The notes under the pieces were generated by a model. The model was not told where the DNA came from, made no database searches, and saw only the letters and a list, made by a program, of their open reading frames with translations. The position numbers were made by a program, and so were the translations under genes. Positions 1 to 10,619 of a DNA stretch of 64,000 bases are shown in pieces. The DNA is from Haliotis rubra (Eukaryota), in assembly GCF_003918875.1 (NCBI RefSeq), contig NW_025766966.1, forward strand, positions 310,001 through 374,000, in the 5' to 3' direction. How positions within the stretch are numbered: the first letter of the stretch is position 1; every line of letters starts with the position of its first letter.

Positions 1-188
1 ACATCAAACATGCATACATAACTTGTGAGTGAAACCCGATAAAGCGTCTACTGCATCCAGTGTGCCTGTATACTGATGTTATAGTTCACATAATCATGTA
101 ATGGTAACATGTTTCGTTTGTGTTTTAGCGCTGCACTACAATATCTCAAGTACCGTATTTCCTCTGTTAGACTACTTCTCTCTTACAC

Positions 189-354
189 GGGGCGGTGGGG
201 TAGCCTAGTGGTTAAAGCGTTCGCTCGTCACGCCGAAGACCCGGGTTCGATTCCCCACATGGGTACAATGCGTGAAGCCCATTTCTGGTGTCCCCCGCCG
301 TTATATTGCTGGAATATTGCTAAAAGCGGCGTAAAACCATACTCACTCACTCAC
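189..354 (+). mobile_element. SINE family A (tRNA-derived head, ~165 bp, (ACTC)n tail), intact copy
   Basis: A-box-like TAGCCTAGTGG, B-box GGTTCGATTCC, tRNA-Asp/Glu-like GTCACGC stretch, tail GCTGGAATATTGCTAAAAGCGGCGTAAAAC-(ACTC)n; 12-bp TSD TCTCTCTTACAC at 177-188 and 355-366; about 20 related copies in the window. Confidence 0.95.
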
Positions 355-417
355 TCTCTCTTACACCATGCTGTGTTGTGATAAAAATGACGCGAATATA
401 AACTCTTTGTATGATTA

Positions 418-577
418 GGGGCGGTGGGGTAGCCTAGTGGTTAAAGCGTTCGCTCGCCACACCGAAGACACGAGTTCGATTCCTCACATGGGTACAATAG
501 TGAAGCCCATTTCTGGTGTCCCCCCGCTGTAATATTGCTTGAATGTTGCTAAAAGCTGGGTAAAACTCACTCATTCC
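418..577 (+). mobile_element. SINE family A copy
   Basis: Same consensus; TSD CTTTGTATGRTTA. Confidence 0.92.
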
Positions 578-754
578 CTTTGTATGGTTAGAATATTGGA
601 TTTGGTAGGGTAGTGGGTGCATAAACAGAAAGGACGCTGTCAACAGTTTGCACGAAATTTATAGGTGCTGGGGCGTCTTATAGAGGAAATACGAAATATT
701 ATATATTTGAATTATTGCATTCTGATTAGCTGAAATGGTCACGTGTTCGAGCAT

Positions 755-1545
755 TCACAGACAAACATTTTTAAATGTCACTGAGACATCAAGAAAATAT
801 TGGGCTAAACCGTTTATGATATCAACACGATAATTGCCATCATATTGTACATAGTCATGTTAGAAATTATTCACGATATTTTAATCCATTGCAAGCTATC
901 TTGAAATATCTACAAACGTATCAGAGATATGATTACTTCGTGAATGGTATCTCTAATTCAATGAATTTAATTAGATTCAAGATATCTTGAATTCTGACCC
1001 TTATCGATTTAAAATCAAATTAAAGATATCATTAATAATTTTGAAGATATCTTTATATCAATTGCTGATATCTGTAATACGAATTCCGGTCCCCAGAAGG
1101 TCGGGGAATAATTTACAGATATTCTTACCACACATAAAATAATTGAAAAGAAAGTACTTGAAGGCTCTGGACTTAATAAAGTCGTTTCAAATACAGAGTG
1201 GGGAGAGGATCAGACTACCCTCCTTCACTTGTACAGATCTTTGGTTCGCTCTAAACAAGAAAAGAATGATTCTAATCATTGCAACATTAATTTGTGTACT
1301 TCTTCAGATCCTATTCTGACCTTATTAATCTAATTTAAGATATCATCCGTTCTTTTCAAGATATCAGTAATATGCTTCATCATATCCTAATCGTGGTAGC
1401 TTGCATTATATTGCAGATTTCGACAATTATCCTTCAAAGATACAAGATATCTTCAAATCATTTCAATTTAATTCAGAATAGTTATCTTGAAAACAATTGA
1501 AGATTTCAGTAATTTCGAAATGACTGTGAAAACGGCTTGCAATAC
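755..1545. repeat. Decayed dispersed repeat built of AGATATCT-rich subunits
   Basis: Many (A)AGATATC(TT) motifs between ~830 and ~1455, ending in AAAACGGCTTGCAATA; class not determined. Confidence 0.45.
1122..1256 (+). mobile_element. Fragment of I/Nimb-clade LINE ORF2 (region C-terminal to RT core)
   Basis: Translates (one stop, one frameshift) to FLPHIK*LKRKYLKALDLIKVVSNTEWGEDQTTLLHLYRSLVRSK, matching the ...WGAD..TLL.LYRSLVRSKLDYG signature of RNase H-bearing I-group LINEs. Confidence 0.75.
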
Positions 1546-2743
1546 GGTCTGACTTTGCTGTTCTCGTCTCCTGCCTTGGTTGGCATATCTCATGAACTTT
1601 GTTTTCATGCTCTAGGTTGATTGGCCACTGAGTTTGTGGGCGTGTGTTATGTGCATAAATTAAGAAAGACACCTATTTCACGTCACGCCTCAATCACGCC
1701 TGCTTTCATTTTTATGATTGTTTTGGTTAATCTGTTGTAGATGCAACATGGTTGTGTTGTCGAATACATGGATCCATATAATCTGCACATCGGTTTTTCT
1801 ATTTATACCTAACCGAAAAAGATACCCATTAAATCTTTAAACATATTGTTGGTGTAACGGAAAACACGGCGAGACGTCAACACACTATATAGGGTACGTG
1901 TGTTTTAGTGTCTCTGCAGAAAAGAAACATCACCACCATGGGTAGACTGTCGGGCAGTGTATTTGTTTTAAATAGCAAACACCGGACACAGAGCATACTC
2001 TTCAGATTGTTACTTAAGTAAGTGTGATATTGACAAGGATGTTTAAACGGGCGTACTTTTACAGCGAGTTCAACCTGGTACAGAAATGCGTCATCAAAGT
2101 TTAGTATACGTGACTTACACGATGTGTTCCCTTGATATGAGGTTCTGTAGGAATATACTGACGTCACTGTATCTCTTGGCGACATTAATGCAAGAATGGG
2201 TTCAGACCGTGATTATATTGAGGACGATATGTACAGCATCACGATATACTGATTTTAATCGCTGTTAATATGCTCTGAAGCAAAAATAATTCATCCGGGA
2301 CGATATTAGAAATAATAGCCATGTTCTGTTGCAGTTATATGGACATTTGTGTATTCAATAGGTACAAGTGTACTTGACTCAATAATAACATCAAGTGCCC
2401 CATTCAGATCCGGGTTATAAGCTGAAGACTTCCGAGAGCACGTACTCCTTCTGCGATGTATGTTCAAATTATTACATGTGCAGTTTTTCAGGCAGCAAAA
2501 TGTGCGAAACACAAAACGTAAATGTTAATCACATTTCTCTGGCATAACAAATAATGCGTCTGAGATTAAAACGACACATTCTTAATAGTGTGTGGTAAAA
2601 TTATTTGTCTCTACAAGGTTTATGTAAATGCCAGAAATAAATACGGTATAAAATCATTATGAATCTTAGAGATAACTCAGTAAGTAATTTGAATGATAAA
2701 AGAATTGTTTTGGAGTTAACTGCTCAGTATTCAGAAAGAATAC

Positions 2744-2910
2744 GGGGCGGTGGGGTAGCCCAGTGGTTAAAGCATTCGCACGTCACGCCGAAGACCCAGG
2801 TTCGATTACCTGCTTGGTTACAATGTGTGAAGCCTATTTGTGATGTCCTCCGCCGTGATATTGCTGGAATATTGCTAAAAGCGGCGTAAAACTAATCTCA
2901 CTCACTCACA
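2744..2910 (+). mobile_element. SINE family A copy
   Basis: Consensus match; TSD CAGAAAGRATAC. Confidence 0.92.
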
Positions 2911-3128
2911 CAGAAAGGATACTTGTTGACCGTGATAATGATGACAGGAGCGTGGATGGAATATTGGACAATGGTATACAAGGAATATTATTCTTGATTC
3001 ATGATTGCAAGAGATCCTATATCAACAGCTACTGTAGAATTAAATTATCAGAAAGTGATCACGCTATGGCGGAGTTATTTAAAATGTGCAAAATGTGTTT
3101 TGTTCTCGATGCTGATGTTTTCATTATA

Positions 3129-3821
3129 TACTCACACGCATAAGAAACGCAAAGTTTTTTTATCCAAACAGGAAACAAACTCGGAACCCTAATTGATATG
3201 AAGCCTGATGGTGTTATCAATACTTTTTGTTGCGTTTTGGAAGGCCCGAGTAAAAACACACCAATAGTAGGAATCACCAAAACGCACCATACAAATGAAC
3301 ATGTGGGTATCATGCACACACTTCTCGTGATATCGAACATGGACGAATTGACACCAACATTGGTGGGTATAAGACTGCACAAAAGTTGGGTCTATCACTC
3401 CTCGTTCAACAATGCAACGTTTAACTCAAATTGAAAGAAACCAGGCTATCGGACGTTTGGAAGCTGGGGAGTCTGTCCAAAATGTTGCCCGTCATTTCGA
3501 CGTAAACATAACCACGATTTACCGTCTCCAGCATCGATACAACACTGCACAGACCATAGATGACCTTCCTCGGAGCAGTCGTCCAAGGGTCACCACCCCT
3601 AGACAAGTTCGGCACATTTCCTGTCAACACCAGCGAGATCCGTTCTTGTCAACCCCTTTACCTTTCGAAAACTTAATTATGTCATCAGTCTTGGTAACCA
3701 ATGAAATGTCTTCACTCAATTTTTTGTCTAGCTGACCCTGTTCGTATTTCTTGTATCTAATATTGAAAATAACATACATATATTCTTTATACTTGACTTG
3801 CGTTACTTTTGCGTGTGAGTA
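3129..3821 (+). mobile_element. Internally deleted Tc1-like DNA transposon retaining the transposase N-terminal HTH
   Basis: TIRs TACTCACACGCATAAGAAACGCAA / TTGCGTTACTTTTGCGTGTGAGTA in a TA context; ORF from 3412 MQRLTQIERNQAIGRLEAGESVQNVARHFDVNITTIYRL...PRSSRPRVTT is a Tc1 paired-like HTH plus a GRPR-like linker; DDE domain missing. Confidence 0.9.
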
Positions 3822-4111
3822 TAGTTTTGTTTGATCGGTCCTGTTTCTTCCTGTGGTTTGAATGTTCCGATGTACAAATACAGGTTAACAACTGCAGAGG
3901 AATACCAGTAACAAGTACCCGCAGTAAACTATGTGTAGCCTACACATTTTAAACAAGAGATAGACTTTTTTATCTAATGTTGCCAAAATAAAAGATAGTT
4001 GAAGTTTAAACGTGACTGTTAAACGATACTGACTTTATCACAATGTTGAATTATTAATTATGCACTGTTATGAAATTTGTATGAAATAACCAGGGGAGTC
4101 ACAAATATATT

Positions 4112-4276
4112 GGGCAGTGGGGTAGCCAATTTACGTAGTACAGCGTTCGCTCGTCACGCCGAAGACCCGAGTTCGATTCCCCAAGTGGGTACAATGTGTG
4201 AAGCCTATTTCTGGTGTCCCCCACGGTGATATTGCTCGAATATTGCTCAAACGACGTAAAACTAAACTCACTCACT
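4112..4276 (+). mobile_element. SINE family A copy
   Basis: Consensus match; TSD ACAAAYATATT. Confidence 0.88.
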
Positions 4277-4856
4277 ACAAACATATTACCAAATTGTTTG
4301 TAATTGTGTCAATTCATGCGTCAAATTTAATTAGTTATTTGCACGTGGAGTTTACAGTAGGGATGGATATTAAGTCCTCTATCATGTTCTTATGAAGTCG
4401 AAGGCAGTGTGGTAACAGCAAATATCTCCCAAACTGTGACATACAGTTATTTCTTCCGTTCTGTTCGTTTTGACTTTGGCTTACAACAAAGTGTTGAATG
4501 TGAGTAGGAATTTTGTAAAAGACATGATTAATGTGTCATTTAGATAAAACAAAATTTATTATTTCATCAAAGGTGGTATATTGTCGAAATTTGAAACATT
4601 GGTAGTATGTGTATACTATGATAGTATACACAGCCACAAATGTTCTTCGTGTAAGAATTAGGTATGACATATTCATGATTTTAGGTATGGAGTAAGTTTA
4701 AATTGTATGCATGCTAAGGTACTTTTGGTGTGCTGATTTCTTTGGCGTAACATATAACTCTTTAAGATATTGGATACAAAACGTGTCCAGAACATTCTCA
4801 CATGGTATCGAAAGATGGTAATTTGGAAATGGAATGGAACTGAATTTAACGGCATA

Positions 4857-4953
4857 TTTAACTTTCGGTTAGCTAACGGCCGGTTAAGGGTTTAACCGGT
4901 CGTTAGGAGTTAACCGGCGGTTAAGATAACCGAGTATTGAACAACCGGGCCCT
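4857..4953. repeat. Palindromic MITE-like fragment
   Basis: Inverted arms CTAACGGCCGGTTAA / TTAACCGGTCGTTAG plus repeated TTAACCGG, ending TTGAACAACCGGGCCC. Confidence 0.55.
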
Positions 4954-5467
4954 GTTAATTACGAGTCTCTGGAATTCAGTACTATATATGCACTAATATT
5001 GTAAGAGGCACACACTCACCTCACGTTAATACTTTTTAAAGGACCATGGAAATATTGGTGCATATATGTTATATATGCCAGACCATATGTATGTATGTTT
5101 GTGTTTTATTCTTTTTCTTTAATTAGCACGTCGATTCGCACCTAATAACATATGAAAACGAATATCTGTAAATACTCGAGCCTGGCCCAGCAATTGACAC
5201 AATACGTACAATGATATGAGCAATTCGGATGCAATGAAATTAATTCAGGAAGAAAGCGAGTCTGACCATACAATCCAGTTTATCGTACAATGTACGGACA
5301 GCATCGGTTGCTGCGTCAAATAATTCGCGGCATATAGAACGTGCAATAATAATGACGTCACACACAAACCAATGACGTTGAACACAACTGCTGTGAAAGA
5401 CAACAGTCAGCACGATGCAAGAAATGTAAACTATTGTCCAGCATGTCATAAGGAAAGAACCTTCCAA

Positions 5468-8400
5468 ATGTGGAAACAGATAACCCTTTTGTGTATACTC
5501 CTGCTTCCATGTGCGTCATATAGAGTGCCCAAAGACGGCTATGGAGATGAAGATTTTGAAGAAACCGAAAACGGGTAAGAACCTGAAGAGAATTTGTGGA
5601 TTTGACATCCCAATTTTTGTTAGACCATGGACACAAACGGTGTCCATATCGTTACTGTTTCAGAACCAGTTTCTTTTAATATAAGTTTATAACTGTGTGC
5701 TTAGGGGAAAAGTATCAATAACTTTGATATTTCCTTTTGTATGCACGTCATGTACCTGTACGTATGTATTTGGATATGATCCGGTCTATCAAGAAGACCG
5801 CGTTTGCTTGCCGCATGACTATCAGATTTGGAAACATGATGATCTCGTAACTGTACCTTCTTCTATGAACAACGAACGAGGCAGAGTTAAGAACAAGATG
5901 TAATTAGCATCAACATGTTCGCTAATTTACGTTTGTTCGATGTTACACGTCTCAGGTCAAGGAGAGACCTTACGACTAAGGGGAATAACTCTCACATGGC
6001 ATCTTTTGCATATTCCTCTAGGGAACTGATAATTTAACCTCAGCTTTAAAAAAATGCCTATGTTCTCAATTTATCATCTTTCACTACAAACTTATGGTTG
6101 TCCTATAATCAGGACTGGAAACTGCCGCTAAATCCAGCCATAATTATGATTCATAATTATATTTTGTTGGTTTTGTCTGTTGTTTAAGGCTGTGTTCAAC
6201 TGTATTATAGCCATATGGCGGTGGTCTGTTAATAATCGAGTCTGGACCAGACAATCCAGTGATCAACATCATGAGCATTGATCTACAAAACATGACATGA
6301 GACACCCAAATCAGCGAGTCTGACCACCTAATCCCTTACAAGCATAGGTAGCTGAAGACCAATTTTATCCCAAATCTTCATGGGTCTCATGATTTTAATT
6401 ATATTTAATTTCATATCATTTTAACAAAAATGTTATGTTCAATCACCTGGTACAAATGTACCCATTTCAAGTCACTGTATTTTCAATATCAAGTGCTATG
6501 TGTGAAACAGTGTTCGTTTTATTGTTTCATTGTGCTCTTCATTTTCTAGCCTCCTTGTTGACAATATGGGACATTCTTGATTATATGTTAATCATCAACA
6601 CACTGCTTAACTGGGGAAAATTTGTAACAGGGTTTAAAATCTTTAATAAGTACAGATTTTTTGTCCCTCAAAATATCCACTTACCACTGGCAAGAAGTAA
6701 CAGCAAGTTATACTTGCCTGCAGAATTGAAAATCCACTTGTCAAGGGCATGAGAGGATCTTTAAACCACTGAAGAGGTTATGATAACAGGGGTGGAAATA
6801 ACCCATTGCCCGACGCCCGAGTCCAGTGTTTTTTTCTGTCGGGCTAGCAAATTTGTATATCACACTGTACCGGTGTCCAGTTGACTTTTCAATGTTAATT
6901 ATGTTCTTTATGTAAAATATCAACAAGAAAATAGCTGGTATAGTGGAAAAATTATCAGGGCAAGTGATTTTACATGTGCCACTGTACCGGAGTACACTAG
7001 CAATTTTAAAGTTATTTCCACCCCTGGTTATGTCTTATAACTCATGTATTTCTGTGAATGATGAGCCCATTTACCACAGGTCATTTAAGAATAAGTGATT
7101 CTGTTTCAGGCAATCCCTACAGGGTCTGCACAAATTACTAGACAAGGTATCAGGGAAAAGGCCTAGAGTAAATACTGCAGGTAAGGTTGACAAACGGAAT
7201 CAACAAAAGAGAAGTCAGAAAGGTGTGGGCAAGTCTCATGTCTATGCAACCAGACCTGGAATATACCAACTAGAACCATTAGGCACTGCAGGTCACCTAC
7301 ATATTTCTGGAATATTTGCATTATTAATTATTGACTGTTAAAAGTTGAAAATTTAAAGGGTACCTAAATACAAATACTACAGGAGCAAATCTCAGGGTGC
7401 CCAGTACCCTGATGGCCCACTGATTACTTGCTAGCTATATATGAAACAAGACTGTTCTAGGGGGTACAAGGAAATAGCATTAGGTTTGCAAGAAAAGTTC
7501 TAACACCAATGTATGGTGTTTGTGTCCTTGGCTCAGAATACTAATAATGTTTTGGGGTGGGTTTTTTTTTCATATAATCTACCAAATGTTATCAAAAATG
7601 TCTGTAATTAATTATTTGTTATACAGGGGACAGCATGTCTACACAACTCAAGAGAGATGAATCACCTGATGTCAAGTCCAGTTCATCAAGAGGCAAACAC
7701 AAAGACAGGAAAGAAAAGGGAACAACGAATGAATCTGATAAGTCAAAATTACGAAGTGACAAACAAGACAAGGCAAAATCAACTAAAGGCAATTCAAAGT
7801 CATCAAGTGACAAAGTTCAACCATCTAAAGGCAAACAGGACGAGAAAAAATCGTCTGATAGCAAGTCTATTTCATCTAGCAGCAAGTCTCTTCTGGAAAA
7901 AATAAACCGCCTATTGAAAGAACTGCGTCAAATTCTGTCAAAGAGCAAACCAGAACAAAGAAAAGTAGTTAAAGGTGTTCAGAGTAAGAATAATATTAAC
8001 TCTGATTCATCAAAACAAGGAACAGTAAGTGATTCAAGGTCAAAGTCAGCAAGTGGCAAATCGTCAGGTAGGTATAAATAAGCTACTGATGGGATAAGTA
8101 AATCAACTTCAAAAGAAACATCTAATAGGGGTAAATGCTGAAAGAAAGACAATTGAAGAAAAAAAAGTAAGGTGGCAAAATTTTACGCTATAGGATAGTA
8201 ACAGTTTTGTTTCTTTGGACTGTAAATTGAGTTCATGACAGCAGGAAATTTTACACATCATGGTTAAAATTTTATTAAATATAGCAGGAACCTCACTTTG
8301 AGTTGGGCAATACCATTTTGAAGTGTTTTTCGGGTACATCTAGGCATGGTGGCTTAATGCCCATAGTAAAATTATCCATGTCTTCAAATTTTACCACTTT

Positions 8401-10619
8401 GATGTATCCCATAAGCACTGATATTGTGCTGAAACAAAATTGGGCAAACCAGGATTTATCTGGGACAAACCATGATCATAGGTTTCTGGTGTGTGCAAGG
8501 GATGTAACTGAAAAGTCCAAAATACTGTTTTCAAACTATAGCTGAGCCATTGTTGGTGCTGATAGTGATGAAATATGTTTTCTGAAATCATGACTGAATA
8601 TTCATATCCTGATTGTAATGTATAAGGTTCTGTATTCATTTGTTTATTCATCATAAATTGTTTTTCAACTGAAAGGATGAACAAATTTAAAACTTTACAT
8701 CAAATTTTGTCAAGCAGTTGTTTGTAAACTCAAGGTGAAATATCTTTTTATTGTCATTCACCATGAATGATGTTGGGGAAGGGAAGGATCTTTCCTTAAG
8801 ATCCAGTTAGGCCTAAAAAAAAGCAAGCTTGTGGTTCCGATTTCCCGACCGACCCTAAATATTCCCACGGAGCCTAACAATTTTACTCACCACATAATAA
8901 ATTAAATTTATTTTCTGACACATGAGTAATGTAAAAATATTTTGCAAAAAAAATAATTAAAACCTACCTACCTACCCTAGTTCTGAAATGTAGGAAATCG
9001 GAACCACAACATTTATTTTTTTTGGCCTTATTAAAATGGCAGCTCCTCATGTATTTCTTGTCATGTGTACTTAAGTGTGCACACGGTTTAGGGCTGATCA
9101 ATCTTACTACTTACTTCCAGCCGTTATCAGCTATTGTTAATTTCTTATCATCATGAAATTTACATGATCACATGTAAGTATTGTTTTGAGCAAATTTTGT
9201 TTAATTACAATTCGACAGAAATCATTGCATTTATTGAACTTTGTTTCTATTCTGTTCTGTTGAAAAGGAACCATATGACACCATATTTTTTATGACCACA
9301 GCTCCAAAGATTCTTGTGATGATGAAAGTTAGATAACTTCTATATCTATAATGCTGAAACAAATTATGTGTTTTCAATTTTGCGTTCATAACAACCGCAG
9401 TGTTTTTGTTCTGTTGACTACCCCGTACCTAATACTGGTATATATTGTTTTCCAGATTATGTGGAAAAGGACAAGAAGAATGACAATGATCATTATAATT
9501 TTGATGACTTTATCTATGATCAAGATGAAGATGTTAAGCCTAGGATGGAAAAATCAAGAAAGAATTATGATGATGATGATGATCGGAAGTCTGATATGAC
9601 AAAGCGAAAACGACAAGATAAGGAAGGCAACCTGAGATCAAGAAAAGGCAAGTCAAAGAGGAAATTGGATGATTTTTTTGATGATGATGATTATGATGAT
9701 GATTATGATGTTAACATGTTTGGCAAAGGAAAATCCAAAAAGCAGGATACTGATGTTGATCTAAAAACCAAAAGAGGAAAATTAAGCAGTCTAGATGATG
9801 ATGATGAAGGAAAATCCAAAAAGCAGGATACTGATGTTGATCTAAAAACCAAAAGAGGAAAATTAAGCAGTCTAGATGATGATGATGATGAAGGAAAATC
9901 CAAAAAGCAGGATACTGATGTTGATCTAAAAACCAAAAGAAGAAAATTAAGCAGTCTAGATGATGATGATGATGAAGGAAAATCAAAAAGCAGGATACTG
10001 ATGTTGATCTAAAAACCAAAAGAAGAAAAAAGCAGTTAAGCAGTCTAGATGATGATGATGATGATGAAGAAAATCAAAAAAGCAGGATACTGATGCTGAT
10101 CTAAAAACCAAAAGAAGAAAATTAAGCAGTCTAGATGATGATGATGATGATCTAGATGATGATGATGATGAAGGAAAATCCAAAAAGCAGGATACTGATG
10201 TTGATCTAAAAACCAAAAGAAGAAAATTAAGCAGTCTAGATGATGATGATGATGAAGGAAAATCAAAAAAGCAGGATACTGATGCTGATCTAAAAACCAA
10301 AAGAAGAAAATTAAGCAGTCTAGATGATGATGATGATGATCTAGATGATGATGAGGAGGAGGAGGAGTTAAATAGACAAGATATAGAAGATGACCTTAGG
10401 TCAATAAAAGACAAATCAAAGAGGAAAGATGATGATGATGATGATGAGGTGGTGGAGAAGGAAGATGAGGAGGAGGATGGTGGTGATGATGAGGAGGAGG
10501 AGGAGCATGGAAACCGAAAGTTTAAAAGACAAGATCTGGAAGATTACCTTAGGTCAAGAAAAAACAAATCAAAGATAAAAGATGATGATGAGGAGGAGGA
10601 TGAAGATGATGCTGATTAA
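5468..10619 (+). CDS. Secreted low-complexity Lys/Ser-rich and Asp/Glu-rich repetitive protein (~594 aa; orphan, possible biomineral/matrix protein). Exons 5468-5574, 7110-7180, 7627-8067, 9456-10619
   Basis: Exon 1 encodes a signal-peptide-like MWKQITLLCILLLPCAS; GT-AG junctions join in phases 2,1,1 (GG|gtaaga..ttcag|G; G|gtaagg..tacag|GG; G|gtaggt..tccag|AT). Exon 4 has 7 units of GKSKKQDTD(V/A)DLKTKR(G/R)KLSSL(D)nE and ends ...DEDDAD-TAA (10617-10619). Two 1-nt deletions (~9985, ~10068) break the frame in this sequence. Confidence 0.85.
6165..6386 (-). mobile_element. SINE family B copy (decayed, full length), intron 1 of the secreted-protein gene
   Basis: GAGTCTGGACCAGACAATCCAGTGATCAAC body; head reverse complement GACCCATGAAGAT...GGTCTTCAG. 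Confidence 0.85.
6787..7026. mobile_element. MITE with 16-bp perfect TIRs (hAT-like CAG..CTG ends)
   Basis: CAGGGGTGGAAATAAC ... GTTATTTCCACCCCTG; a related decayed element lies just upstream (~6628-6771). Confidence 0.75.
8810..9027. mobile_element. PIF/Harbinger-type MITE
   Basis: GGCC-A-rich-TTGTGGTTCCGATTTCC inverted ends, flanked by TTA on both sides (8807-8809, 9028-9030). Confidence 0.8.
9727..10345 (+). repeat. Coding tandem repeat, 7 units of ~81-105 bp with variable (GAT)n
   Basis: GCAGGATACTGATG recurs at ~9742, 9823, 9907, 9990, 10082, 10187, 10271. Confidence 0.95.

Noticed and set aside
189-262. tRNA gene (also at every family A and C head)
   Set aside because: A/B boxes are present but there is no proper acceptor stem; always fused to SINE body, tail and TSDs
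9316-9358. Intronic C/D snoRNA (ATGATGA...CTGA)
   Set aside because: Boxes only ~35 nt apart, with no terminal stem or recognisable guide
9703-10414. Minus-strand poly-Ser / poly-His ORFs
   Set aside because: Antisense shadows of the (GAT)n coding repeat
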